DNA from: an uncultured Gammaproteobacteria bacterium
GTDB taxonomy: Bacteria; Pseudomonadota; Gammaproteobacteria; CAWCPV01
NCBI GenBank assembly: GCA_963797555.1
Contig: CAWCPV010000006.1
Coordinates: 72,102 to 136,101, forward strand
Direction: 5' to 3'
DNA length: 64,000 nucleotides
Both the position numbers and the translations under genes were made by a program. How positions within the stretch are numbered: position 1 is the first letter of the stretch; the number at the start of each line of letters is the position of its first letter. The notes below the pieces were generated by a model, which did not search any database, was not told the origin of the DNA, and saw only the letters and a list, made by a program, of their open reading frames with translations. Of the stretch, positions 1 to 10,032 are shown piece by piece.

Positions 1-104
1 ACACGCCGCCGCGCCCTCTGGAGGAGATCGAGGCGGACATCCGCGGCATCGAGAGGGATATCGTCCGCATGCTGGCGGAGGTGACCGGATCGAAGGTGCT
101 CTGA
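1..104 (+). CDS. 3' end of an upstream gene, probably type I R-M methylase subunit HsdM (partial)
   Basis: Frame 3 reads ...EEIEADIRGIERDIVRMLAEVTGSKVL* with stop at 102-104. hsdS and hsdR lie downstream but no hsdM is in the window. Only 33 codons are visible. Confidence 0.4.
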   Translation, partial: TPPRPLEEIEADIRGIERDIVRMLAEVTGSKVL

Positions 105-182
105 CGCGAAAAGTCGGCACGGATATCACAGATGCCGACATTATGTGTTGACACGCCCGTTTGTCCGACGCATATTGCAGGC

Positions 183-821
183 ATGTCACAACAGCGTGCC
201 GACAATTCGAGTCAATCCCCCAAGTCTTCGGAGCCCGTCGACCTGCTTCGCAGCGCCGCTCTGGGTGCCTTCTTCCGTCCGAGCCAGATCCATGCGGCAG
301 GACTATCGCGCGACCAGCTCCCGGCCCTCGTGCGATCGGGGAAGGTCGAACGAATCGGTCGCGGCCTCTACCGGCTCGCGGACGCCGAGCCGACCGAGAA
401 CTACTCCCTGGCGATGGCGTGCGCGCGGGTGCCGAACAGCATCGTCTGCCTGCTCTCCGCCCTGCGCGTCCATGGCATCGGCACCCAGGCACCGGCCGAG
501 GTCTGCCTCGCCATTCCGCACAAGGCGCGCATGCCGCGCCTCCCCGAACTCAAGCTGCGCGTCGTGCGCTTCAGCGGACCTGCTTGGACGTTCGGTGTAC
601 AGACGACCGCGTTCGAGGGCGTGCCGGCACGGATCACCTCCCCCGCGCGGACCGTGGCGGACTGCTTCCGGTTCGAGCGCCTCGTGGGGCCCGAGGCTGC
701 GATGGAAGCGCTGCAGGACGCCCTGCGACAGCGGAAGGTCACGATCCCCGAACTCTCGCGCGTGGCGGAGATCCTTCCGTCGCGCCGCCTCAGCGCCGCG
801 CTGGACACGAGGTTGATATGA
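183..821 (+). CDS. AbiEi-family type IV toxin-antitoxin antitoxin / transcriptional regulator
   Basis: N-terminal wHTH-like region (GKVERIGRGLYRLAD) and C-terminal TSPARTVADCFRF are typical of AbiEi. ATG at 183; an in-frame ATG at 132 is also possible. The stop overlaps the next start (ATGA at 818-821). Confidence 0.7.
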   Translation: MSQQRADNSSQSPKSSEPVDLLRSAALGAFFRPSQIHAAGLSRDQLPALVRSGKVERIGRGLYRLADAEPTENYSLAMACARVPNSIVCLLSALRVHGIGTQAPAEVCLAIPHKARMPRLPELKLRVVRFSGPAWTFGVQTTAFEGVPARITSPARTVADCFRFERLVGPEAAMEALQDALRQRKVTIPELSRVAEILPSRRLSAALDTRLI

Positions 822-1753
822 CTGCAGACGTGGCGGCGTCGGTCAGGGCCCGTCTCCTGAACCAGGCAAAGGCGAGCGGGGAGGAGTTCGAGCGAACCCT
901 GGCGCGCTTCGCCGCCGAGCGGCTGCTCTTTCGCCTCGGTGAATCCGCGGCGCGAGACCGTTGCATCCTGAAAGGCGCCAGCCTCCTTGCGGTATGGCTT
1001 CCGGATCCTTACCGGGCAACCCGCGATGTGGACGTGCTGCTCTCGGGACAGGCGGACGACGCCGCGATCCGGTCGCTGGTGGCGGAGATCTGCGCGATGG
1101 CCTGTCCCGAAGACGCCCTCCGCTTCGACCTCTCCAAGCTGGTCGTCGAGACGATCCGGCCCGAGGACGAGTACTCGGGCAAGCGCGCCCGCTTCCGCGC
1201 GTTCCTCGGCAACGCGCGGATCGCCGTGCAGCTTGACCTTGGCGTTGGCGACGCGTTGACCGTACAGCCCGAAGAGATCGTCTACCCGACGATGCTCGAC
1301 ACCCTGCCCCCGCCCCGGCTCCGCGCCTATCCGCGCGAGGCGTCCGTCGCCGAGAAGTTCGAAGCGATGGTGAAGCTCGACACGCGCAACAGCCGGATGA
1401 AGGACTTCCACGACATCTGGGCGCTTGTGGGCGCCTTCGAGTTCGATGGCCCGTCGCTCCAGAAAGCAATCGCGGCCTGCTTCGAGCGCCGGGGCACACC
1501 GTGGACCGATGAACTCCCGCGCGTCCTGACCCCGGCGTTCTACCAGATGCCGGATATGGAGACGCGCTGGCGGAACTACCGCGCGGCGGGTGCCGTGCTC
1601 GCCCCGCTGCCGCCCCAGTTCGCGGTCATCGGAGAGCGCATCATCGAGTTCCTTGGCCCTGTCCGGAGCAGCATCGCCGCGGGAGAGGCGTTCGAGCGTG
1701 CCTGGGCGCCGGGAGGCCCTTGGATGTCTGCCGGACAAGAGAACACAGAATGA
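818..1753 (+). CDS. AbiEii-family nucleotidyltransferase toxin (DUF1814)
   Basis: 311-aa ORF with LKGASLL...RATRDVDVL, the nucleotidyltransferase core typical of AbiEii. Translationally coupled to AbiEi (ATGA) and to the next gene (ATGA at 1750-1753). Confidence 0.8.
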   Translation: MTADVAASVRARLLNQAKASGEEFERTLARFAAERLLFRLGESAARDRCILKGASLLAVWLPDPYRATRDVDVLLSGQADDAAIRSLVAEICAMACPEDALRFDLSKLVVETIRPEDEYSGKRARFRAFLGNARIAVQLDLGVGDALTVQPEEIVYPTMLDTLPPPRLRAYPREASVAEKFEAMVKLDTRNSRMKDFHDIWALVGAFEFDGPSLQKAIAACFERRGTPWTDELPRVLTPAFYQMPDMETRWRNYRAAGAVLAPLPPQFAVIGERIIEFLGPVRSSIAAGEAFERAWAPGGPWMSAGQENTE

Positions 1754-3618
1754 TCGGCGCCAGCTTCGACAGCACCAAGACCCCGCTTCACGACCTGCTC
1801 GCACGGGCCGACGGCGGCAAGCTCCAGCTTCCGGATTTTCAGCGCGGCTGGGTCTGGGACGACGACCGCATCCGGAGCCTCCTCGCCAGCGTGTCGGTCT
1901 CTTTCCCGATCGGTGCCGTGATGTTGCTCGAAACGGGCGGCGAGCACGTCCGCTTCAAGCCGCGGCCCCTCTCCGGAACGCACGAGCGGCTGCGCCAGAT
2001 CGCGCCCGAGACGTTGATCCTCGACGGCCAGCAGCGGCTGACATCGCTCTACCAGGCGCTGATGAGCGCGGTGGTGGTCGAGACCAAGGACGCCAAGGGC
2101 AAGCCGATCCGCCGCTGGTACTACATCGACATGAAGCAGGCCGTGACTAACGACGACGACCGCGAGGACGCGGTGCTGAGCGTCCCCGAGGACCGCCAGG
2201 TCAAGGCGTTCGGCGGCGAGATCGCTTTGGACGTGACGACACCCGAGCGGGAGTACGGAGCCGACCTCTTTCCCGTGAACCGGATTTTCCAGAGCGCGGA
2301 GTGGCGTCAGGCTTACAACAAGCACTGGAACTACGTACCCGAGAAGATCCAGCTCTACGACGAGTTCGAGCGCGAGGTCATCAAGCGGTTCGAGCAGTAT
2401 CAGGTGCCGGTGATCGAGCTGAAAAAGGAGACACCCAAGGAGGCCGTCTGCCTGGTCTTCGAGCGCGTGAACACGGGGGGCATGGCGCTCAACGTGTTCG
2501 AGCTGCTCACGGCCGCCTTTGCCGCGGACGATTTCCAGCTCCGCGATGACTGGAACGCCCGCGAGCAGCGCCTGAAGGGCCAGCACCCCGTGCTGCGCAA
2601 CCTCCAGAGCGACGACTTCCTCCAGGCCATCTCGCTCCTCGTGACGCAGAGGCGCCGCCACAACACGCTCGCGGCCGGCGTCGCCGTCGACAAGGCGCCC
2701 GGCATCAGTTGCAAGCGCAAGGACATCCTGAAGCTCGAGGTCGCCGACTGGCAGGCATGGGCCGAACGCGTCGAGGCCGGTTTCGTGCGCGCCGCGCGCT
2801 TTCTGTACGGGCAGAAGATATTCAAGGCGCGGGATCTGCCCTACCGCACCCAGCTCGTGCCGCTCGCCGCGATGTTTGTGAACCTCGGCCAGGACGGTGA
2901 GACCGAGGGTGCCCGCCAGCGGATCGCCCGATGGTACTGGTGTGGGGTTCTCGGCGAGCTTTACGGCGGCGCCATCGAGAGCCGCTTCGCGCGCGACCTG
3001 CCGGAGGTGGTCGCCCTGGTGCGCGGCGAGGGGAGCGAGCCGATCAGTATCCAGGAGTCGAGCTTCCAGGCCAACCGGCTGCTGACGCTGCGGACGCGCA
3101 ACAGCTCGGCCTACAAGGGAGTCTACGCGCTCCTGATGCGCGACGGCGGGCGGGACTTCCGCACCGGCGAGCCGATCGAAGCCCAGACCTTCTTCGACGA
3201 CAAGGTCGACATCCACCACATCTTCCCCGAGAAGTGGTGCAAGGCGGCCGGCATCGAGCCCGGCACCTACAACAGCGTGATCAACAAGACGGCGCTCGCC
3301 GCCAAGACCAACCGCCAGATCGGCGGCCGCGCGCCGTCGAAGTACCTGCCTGCGATCGAGAAGGCCGCTGGTGTTGGTACCGAGCGTATGGACGAGATCC
3401 TGCGTTCGCATTGCATCGCACCGGGAGAACTGCGGGCCGACCGCTTCTGGGAGTTCTACGCTGCACGCGCCGAGGCGCTGCTCCAGCGCATCGAGGCCGC
3501 GACGGGCAAGACCATCACGCGCGAGCCGGAACTTTTCCGCGCCGGGGTCGTCGCCGAAGTCTACGACGAGGGGCCGGAGGAATGGGACGCCGAGGAGCCG
3601 ATCGAGGAGGCGTCGTGA
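1750..3618 (+). CDS. DUF262 (ParB-like, DGQQR) plus DUF1524 (His-Me finger) protein, GmrSD/BrxU-like type IV restriction nuclease family
   Basis: N-terminus has LPDFQRGWVW...ILDGQQRLTSLY. C-terminus has VDIHHIFPEKW...NKTALAAKTNRQIG. ATG at 1750 overlaps the AbiEii stop. The gene's stop overlaps the hsdS GTG (GTGA at 3615-3618). Confidence 0.8.
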   Translation: MIGASFDSTKTPLHDLLARADGGKLQLPDFQRGWVWDDDRIRSLLASVSVSFPIGAVMLLETGGEHVRFKPRPLSGTHERLRQIAPETLILDGQQRLTSLYQALMSAVVVETKDAKGKPIRRWYYIDMKQAVTNDDDREDAVLSVPEDRQVKAFGGEIALDVTTPEREYGADLFPVNRIFQSAEWRQAYNKHWNYVPEKIQLYDEFEREVIKRFEQYQVPVIELKKETPKEAVCLVFERVNTGGMALNVFELLTAAFAADDFQLRDDWNAREQRLKGQHPVLRNLQSDDFLQAISLLVTQRRRHNTLAAGVAVDKAPGISCKRKDILKLEVADWQAWAERVEAGFVRAARFLYGQKIFKARDLPYRTQLVPLAAMFVNLGQDGETEGARQRIARWYWCGVLGELYGGAIESRFARDLPEVVALVRGEGSEPISIQESSFQANRLLTLRTRNSSAYKGVYALLMRDGGRDFRTGEPIEAQTFFDDKVDIHHIFPEKWCKAAGIEPGTYNSVINKTALAAKTNRQIGGRAPSKYLPAIEKAAGVGTERMDEILRSHCIAPGELRADRFWEFYAARAEALLQRIEAATGKTITREPELFRAGVVAEVYDEGPEEWDAEEPIEEAS

Positions 3619-4973
3619 GGGCGGCGAAGAACACCGAGCGTGCGGCGCGGCCAGAGCGTTTCAGGTCCTATCCGGGCTACAAGGACTCGGGGGTCGAGTG
3701 GTTGGGGGAGATTCCCGCGCACTGGGAGGTCGCGCCCGTCTATGCGCGGTACCAGATAGCACTTGGAAAGATGCTCGATGCCAAGCGGGTGACCGGCGAG
3801 TCTTCCGGGCGATACTTGCGCAATATCGATGTCCAATGGGACGCGGTGAACACAGAAGGGCTGCCGGAGATGGACTTCGCCCCGGGGGAGCGCGACCGGT
3901 ACCTGATTCGCCCGGGCGACCTGCTCGTTTGCGAGGGTGGCGAGGTCGGTAGAACCGCAATCTGGGGTGGGCAAATCGAGGAGTGCTTTTACCAGAAGGC
4001 GATCCACCGGGTAAGACCGCATTCGGACAAAGAGGCGCCGCGCTTTTTCTACTACCTTATGTACACTCTGGCAAAGCGTGGTGTATTCGTCGCGGGCGGG
4101 AACCCGAACACGATCGATCACCTCACCGCCGTGCAACTGAGGCATTACCGCCTTCCGTTCGCCCCGACTCAAGAACAACGTGCCATCGCCGCCTTCCTCG
4201 ACCGGGAGACGGCGAGGATCGATGCGCTGGTGGCGAAGAAGGAGCGGCTGATCGAGCTGCTCCAGGAGAAACGCACCGCCCTCATCACCCGCACCGTCAC
4301 CAAGGGCCTCGACCCGAACGTCCCCATGAAGGACTCCGGCGTCGAGTGGCTGGGGGAAATTCCGGCGCATTGGGAGGTCAGGAAGACGACCTGGATATTC
4401 ACGATTGGGAGTGGAACGACGCCCCGGTCTGAGGATCCCGCTTACTACGGTGGTGAGACGCCTTGGATCACCACATCTGAGCTTCGCGAGTCGGAAGTGG
4501 TCGCAACAGAGAAGAACGTCACTGGGGACGCGGTTAGAGACCACCCGAGCCTGAAGGTTCATCCCAAGGGGAGTGTCGCAGTGGCGATGTACGGTGCGAC
4601 GATTGGGCGTCTCGGAATCCTGGGCGTTCCCGCGACAGTTAATCAGGCTTGCTGTGTCTTTAGCAGGCCCAGGGGTATCGAGACGTGGTACTGGTTCTAT
4701 TGGCTGCAGATGCGGCGGCCGTATCTAATCTCGCTTGGCTACGGCGGCGGTCAACCGAACCTCAGCCAGGATCTCTTGAGATCGCTCCGCGTCCCGACGC
4801 CGCCCCTTCTCGAGCAGCGCGCCATCATTTCCTTTCTCGATCTGGAGGCGGCGCGGATTGACGCCCTCATTGCCAAGGTCCGCGAAGCCATCGAGCGGCT
4901 CAAGGAACTGCGTACCGCCCTCATCTCCGCCGCGGTGACAGGCAAGATCGACGTGCGGAAGGAGGTCGCATGA
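3615..4973 (+). CDS. hsdS: Type I restriction-modification specificity subunit HsdS
   Basis: Two target-recognition halves each start with DSGVEWLGEIPAHWEV. Two conserved helices are present (FLDRETARIDALVAKKERLIELLQEKRTALIT and FLDLEAARIDALIAKVREAIERLKELRTALIS). GTG start at 3615. Confidence 0.85.
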   Translation: MRAAKNTERAARPERFRSYPGYKDSGVEWLGEIPAHWEVAPVYARYQIALGKMLDAKRVTGESSGRYLRNIDVQWDAVNTEGLPEMDFAPGERDRYLIRPGDLLVCEGGEVGRTAIWGGQIEECFYQKAIHRVRPHSDKEAPRFFYYLMYTLAKRGVFVAGGNPNTIDHLTAVQLRHYRLPFAPTQEQRAIAAFLDRETARIDALVAKKERLIELLQEKRTALITRTVTKGLDPNVPMKDSGVEWLGEIPAHWEVRKTTWIFTIGSGTTPRSEDPAYYGGETPWITTSELRESEVVATEKNVTGDAVRDHPSLKVHPKGSVAVAMYGATIGRLGILGVPATVNQACCVFSRPRGIETWYWFYWLQMRRPYLISLGYGGGQPNLSQDLLRSLRVPTPPLLEQRAIISFLDLEAARIDALIAKVREAIERLKELRTALISAAVTGKIDVRKEVA

Positions 4974-5328
4974 CTCGAATTGCCGTCAAACGGAAATTGG
5001 TGCACCAGGCACGCCAGAGGGTTGGCCGGAGCTTTGAGGCCCTTACACGGAAGTTGCCGAGGCTTCAGTGCGGCGCGAGCGTGCCCTGCTTGGAGCCGTC
5101 AGTCGACTGACGCTCTGCAGACGGTCCTCACCGGCAGTCCGCGGGGCCGTTGTCTTCACCGAAGCCCGCTGACGCAAATAGCTCGGCGGCTTGTTTTCGG
5201 AGGCGCTAACATCCTCGCAGCCAGCGAAGGTGGTTGTCTCCGGCTGGGGTTGTTGGTTAGACTTCACCATTGAAGTCTTAATAGCACTGCGGCTTATTCA
5301 GAGTTTCTGAACAGCGGGGCCTAGCGTC

Positions 5329-6492
5329 GTGCAGCGCGGGGAAACCGGTCGCTACGAGGTCACCAGCGTTGGGGGCGAGCAGGTCCGCGCCTTCGTGCCG
5401 GCCCCGCTGCCGCCAGCCCCGCCGCTCGTCTTGGACGGTCCACTCCAGCAGACGCTCGAATCCGCTGTGCTTGCGGTCGGGCGGCTCGACGGCGTCTCGA
5501 CCCTGCTGCCCGACAAGGCGCTCTTTCTCTATGCCTATGTGCGTAAGGAGGCGGTGCTCTCTTCCCAGATCGAAGGGACGCAGTCGTCGCTCTCGGACCT
5601 ACTGCTCTTCGAGCTAGACGAGGCGCCGGGCGTTCCTCTCGATGACGTCGTCGAAGTCTCGAACTACGTCGCGGCCCTGGAGCACGGGCTGGCACGCCTG
5701 CGGGAGGGCTTTCCGCTCTCCAATCGACTCGTCCGCGAGATCCACGGCGTGCTGTTCTCGCGCGGGCGCGGCAGCGCCAAAAATCCCGGTGAGTTCCGCC
5801 GCTCGCAGAACTGGATCGGCGGCAGCCGGCCCGGCAATGCCGCCTTCGTGCCTCCGCCCCACACCGTCGTGCCCGACTGCATGGCGGCGCTCGAGCGTTT
5901 TCTTCACGCCGAGGGCGACGGCCTGCCCGTTCTGGTGCGCGCCGCAGTGGCGCACGTCCAGTTCGAGACGATCCACCCCTTCCTCGACGGCAACGGGCGT
6001 GTTGGACGTCTGCTCATCACCTTCCTGCTCTGCGATGCCGGCCTGCTGCGGGAGCCGCTTCTGTACCTGAGCCTCTATCTGAAGCAGAACCGGACGGCAT
6101 ACTACGACCTGCTCGACCGAGTGCGGCGCACCGGTGACTGGGAGACCTGGCTTGCATTCTTCCTGGAGGGGGTAAGGCAGACGGCTGAAGGCGCGGTCTC
6201 GACCGCGCAGCGGTTGGCCGAAACGTTCACGGCCGATCGGGCGAAGATAGAACCGGCCGGCCGCCGGGCCGGCTCGGCGCTACGTGTGCACGAGGCGCTG
6301 AAGAGGCGGCCGATCCTCTCCATGCCCGAGGTCTGCCGAAGCACGGGGCTGTCCTTTCCGGCCGCCTCGTCGGCGATGGACCTGCTCGCAGAGTTCGGAA
6401 CGGTGCGGGAGCTGACCGGGAAACGTCGGAACAGGCTCTTCGTGTACGAACGGTACCTCGCCATCCTCAACGAGGGCACAGAGGCGCCATGA
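5329..6492 (+). CDS. Fic/DOC family protein (AMPylase-type) with internal inhibitory helix and C-terminal wHTH
   Basis: Fic motif HPFLDGNGRVGRLL and an N-terminal inhibitory-type motif SSQIEGT. GTG start at 5329 follows a 355-nt ORF-free gap. The stop overlaps the hsdR ATG (ATGA at 6489-6492). Confidence 0.85.
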   Translation: MQRGETGRYEVTSVGGEQVRAFVPAPLPPAPPLVLDGPLQQTLESAVLAVGRLDGVSTLLPDKALFLYAYVRKEAVLSSQIEGTQSSLSDLLLFELDEAPGVPLDDVVEVSNYVAALEHGLARLREGFPLSNRLVREIHGVLFSRGRGSAKNPGEFRRSQNWIGGSRPGNAAFVPPPHTVVPDCMAALERFLHAEGDGLPVLVRAAVAHVQFETIHPFLDGNGRVGRLLITFLLCDAGLLREPLLYLSLYLKQNRTAYYDLLDRVRRTGDWETWLAFFLEGVRQTAEGAVSTAQRLAETFTADRAKIEPAGRRAGSALRVHEALKRRPILSMPEVCRSTGLSFPAASSAMDLLAEFGTVRELTGKRRNRLFVYERYLAILNEGTEAP

Positions 6493-9400
6493 GTCCCGAG
6501 ATCTCCGAGCGCTCCTTCGAGCAGGCCATCGAGTGCGGGCTGCTCCGGTATGGCCCGGACGCCCGCGCCGGGGACTCGACCGCCGTCCGGGAGACGCCCC
6601 CGCCCTACGGCGAAGCCGTACCGGGCGACTACCGGAAGCGCTCGCCGGAGGACTACGACCGCGCGCTGTGCCTGCTGCCGCGCGACGTCGCGGACTTCGT
6701 CCTCGCCACGCAGCCGAAGGAATGGGAGAAGCTCAAGCAGCACCACGGCGCCGAAACCAAGGAGCGGTTCTTGAAGCGCCTCGCCTCGGAGATCGAACGG
6801 CGCGGCGCGCTCGACGTGCTGCGGAACGGCATCAAGGACTCGGGCTGCAAGTTCCGGCTCGCCTACTTCCGCCCCGCCAGCGGGCTCAACGAGGAGACCC
6901 GGCGCCTGCACGCGGCGAACCTGTTCGCGGTGGTGCGCCAGCTCCGTTACAGCGGGAAAAACGAGAAGAGCCTCGACCTGGCACTGTTCCTGAACGGGTT
7001 GCCGGTCTTCACTGCCGAGCTGAAGAACCCCCTCACCGGCCAGGATGTCGAGGACGCCATCCGACAGTACAAGAGCGACCGCGACCCGCGCGAGCCGCTC
7101 CTCGCCCACGGCCGCTGCCTCGCGCACTTCGCGGTGGATCCGGACCTGGTCTACGTGACCACCCAGCTCGCCGGGCCGAAGACGCGTTTCCTCCCCTTCA
7201 ACCAGGGCAAGTTCGGCGGCGCCGGCAACCCGCCCGTGCCGCCCACCCGGGGGGGCTACGCGACCGCGTACCTCTGGGTGGAGACCTGGGCGCGCGACAG
7301 TGTGCTCGACCTCGTGCGCCAGTTCATCCATGAGGTCGAGGAGGAGGACGAGAAGGGGCGCAAGACCGGCAAACGCTTCCTGATCTTTCCGCGCTACCAG
7401 CAGCTCGACGCCGTCCGCCGGCTGGTGGCCCACGCCCGCCAGTACGGGGCGGGGCAGCGCTATCTCATCCAGCACTCGGCTGGCAGCGGCAAGAGCTTCA
7501 CCATCGCCTGGCTGGCCCACCAGCTCTCGACGCTCCACGACGCGGCCGACCGGCGGGTCTTCGACTCCATCGTGGTCGTCACCGACCGGCGCGTCCTCGA
7601 CCGGCAGCTCCAGACCACCATGCGCCAGTTCGAGCAAACCCTCGGCGTGGTGGAGAACATCGACACCACCTCGCGCCAGCTCAAGCAGGCTCTGGAGTCG
7701 GGGAAGACCATCATCGTGACGACGCTCCAAAAGTTCCCGGTGATCGCGCGGGAGATAGGCGAGCTTCCGGGGAGCCGCTTCGCCGTTATCGTGGACGAGG
7801 CGCACTCGTCGCAGTCGGGAGAGAGCACCAAGAGCCTCAAGTCGGTGCTGGCCTCCGCGAGCCTGGAGGAGGCGGAACGGGAGGAGGCCGCAGCAGAGAC
7901 TCCCGAGGAGGAGCTGGAGAACACGGTCCTCGCCGAGATGGAGAAGCGGGGCCGGCTCCCCAACCTCTCCCTGTTCGCCTTCACGGCGACCCCCAAGCCC
8001 AAGACCCTCGAGCTCTTCGGCACGAAGCGCCCCGACGGCAGGTTCGCGCCCTTCCACCTGTACAGCATGCGCCAGGCCATCGAGGAGGGATTCATCCTCG
8101 ATGTCCTGGAGACCTACACCACCTACAAGGCATACTGGCGGCTCCTCAAGAAGATCGAGGACGACCCCCGTTACGACAAGAACAAGGCGCAGCACCTGCT
8201 GAAGTCGTTCGTGGAGCTGCACCCGCACGCCATCAACGAGAAGGTGCGGATCATGGTCGAGCACTTCGCCGCCCAAGCGCAGAACGAGATCGGCGGGAAG
8301 GCCAAGGCCATGATCGTGACGCGGTCGCGGCTGCACGCGGTGCGCTACCGGCTGGCGCTGGACCGTTATGTGAAGGAGAAGGGGTATCCGTTCAGGGCGC
8401 TGGCCGCCTTCTCGGGCGCCGTGCAGGACGGCGGACTGGGCTACACCGAGGCGGAGATGAACGGCTTGTCCGAGAGGCAGACCGCCAAGACCTTCGAACG
8501 CCCCGAGTACCGTTTCCTCATCGTGGCCAACAAGTTCCAGACCGGCTTCGACCAGCCGCTGCTGCACACCCTGTACGTGGACAAGAAGCTCGGCGGGGTG
8601 AACGCCGTGCAGACCCTGTCACGGCTGAACCGCATCCACCCCGGGAAGCGCGGGACGATGGTGCTGGACTTCGCCAACGAGGCCGACGCCATTCAGGCGG
8701 CGTTCGAGCCATACTACGAGACCACGCTGCTCTCGGAGGCGACGGACCCCAACCTCCTCTACGAGACGCAGAGCCGGCTCCTCGCCTTCGGGGTCTATAC
8801 CGAGGCGGACGTGGACCGCTTCGCGAAGGTCTATTTCGACCGCAAGGCCACGCAGGACCAGCTCTATGCGGCCCTGGCCCCGGTGACGGCGCGCTTCTTC
8901 GGGGAGCTGTCCGAAGAGGAGCGGCACGACGTCCGCGGCCAGCTCACCGACTACGTGCGGCTCTACGCCTTCCTGGCCCAAGTGCTGACCTTCGCCGACA
9001 CGGACCTCGAGAAGCTCTACGTGTTCGCGCGCCACCTGCGGCGGCTCCTGCCCTCCGATCAGGTCGAGCTTCCCCGGCGAGGTGCAGCAGAACATCGACA
9101 TGGAGTCCTACCGCATCCAGCAGACGGGGAGCGGGAAGATCGCGCTGGAGCGCAAGACCGGCCTGCTCGACCCGATGGGGACGAAAGACCATCCCGGGCC
9201 GGGACCGGAGCAGATCGAGCCACTATCCCGGATCATCGCCGAGCTGAACGAGCGCTTCGGGCTGAATCTCGGCCCCGAGCACCGAGTCACGCTCGGCCAG
9301 ATGATCGAGAAGCTGGACGACGACCCGGCCCTCGACGCCAGCGCCCGGGCCAACACGCGCGAGAACGTGAGGCTCACCTTCGACCAGAAGGTGGAGGACG

Positions 9401-10032
9401 TGATCCAGGAAATCGTCGACTCGAACTTCGATCTGTACAAACGCATCACCGACGACCGGGCGTTCGGCCAAGCGGTCAAGAACTTCCTTTTCGATCAGTA
9501 TCTGCGGACCCACCGGCAGGCGGAGGAGCTGATCAAACGAGGCGAGTCCCGGACCCTCGAGTTCAAGTCCACGCTGCGCTGGAGCCTCCGCGAAAACCGG
9601 ATGGACGACAAGGCCGTCACCCATGCCGTCCTCAAGACCATCGCGGCGTTCCTGAACACCGAGGGCGGCGACCTCCTCATCGGTGTCGCGGACGACGGAT
9701 CGGTGGTCGGCATCGAGGTCGACCGGCTCGACAGCGACGACAAGTTCATGCGCCACCTGGCGCAGGCCGTCCGCAACGGCCTGGGCGACCGTGCCAGCAC
9801 CTGCATCGACCCGAGGACCCAGGTCGTCCGGGGAAAGACCGTGTGCCTGGTCACCTGCCAGCGCAGCCCGGAGCCCGTGTTCCTCAAATGGAAGGGAACC
9901 GAGGAGGGCCCCGGCGGAGATTTCTACGTGCGGAGCGGGCCGGGAAGCGTGAGACTCCGCCCCGAAAGCGCTGCGGAATACATCCGGACGCGGTTTCCGG
10001 AGGCGCCGAAGCGTGGTGAAGATTCGCCGTAG
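6489..10032 (+). pseudogene. hsdR: Type I restriction endonuclease subunit HsdR with C-terminal AlbA_2/Schlafen-like domain; reading frame broken by 1 nt at a C4 run (9072-9075)
   Basis: HSDR_N-like N-terminus and helicase motifs (HSAGSGKS, VDEAHSSQSG). The frame starting at 6489 turns into Arg/Pro-rich nonsense after ...LPSDQVELP. The +1 frame continues with GEVQQNIDMESYRIQQ... and ends in GESRTLEFKSTLRW...FLNTEGGDLLIGVADDGSVVGI, which is AlbA_2-like. Removing one C restores about 1180 aa. Confidence 0.8.

Noticed and set aside
4974-5328. Small FicA-type antitoxin or other gene in the 355-nt gap before fic
   Set aside because: No ORF with an SD or an (S/T)xxxE(G/N) motif is present. The Fic protein carries its own inhibitory motif (SSQIEGT), so no separate antitoxin is required.
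401-8567. Very long antisense ORFs (401-1804, 1576-3411 and 6102-8567, minus strand), and the 5' part of 2931-4973 on the plus strand
   Set aside because: Typical GC-rich shadow ORFs: Arg/Gly/Pro/Ala-rich with no motifs. They overlap genes that have clear family signatures on the plus strand.
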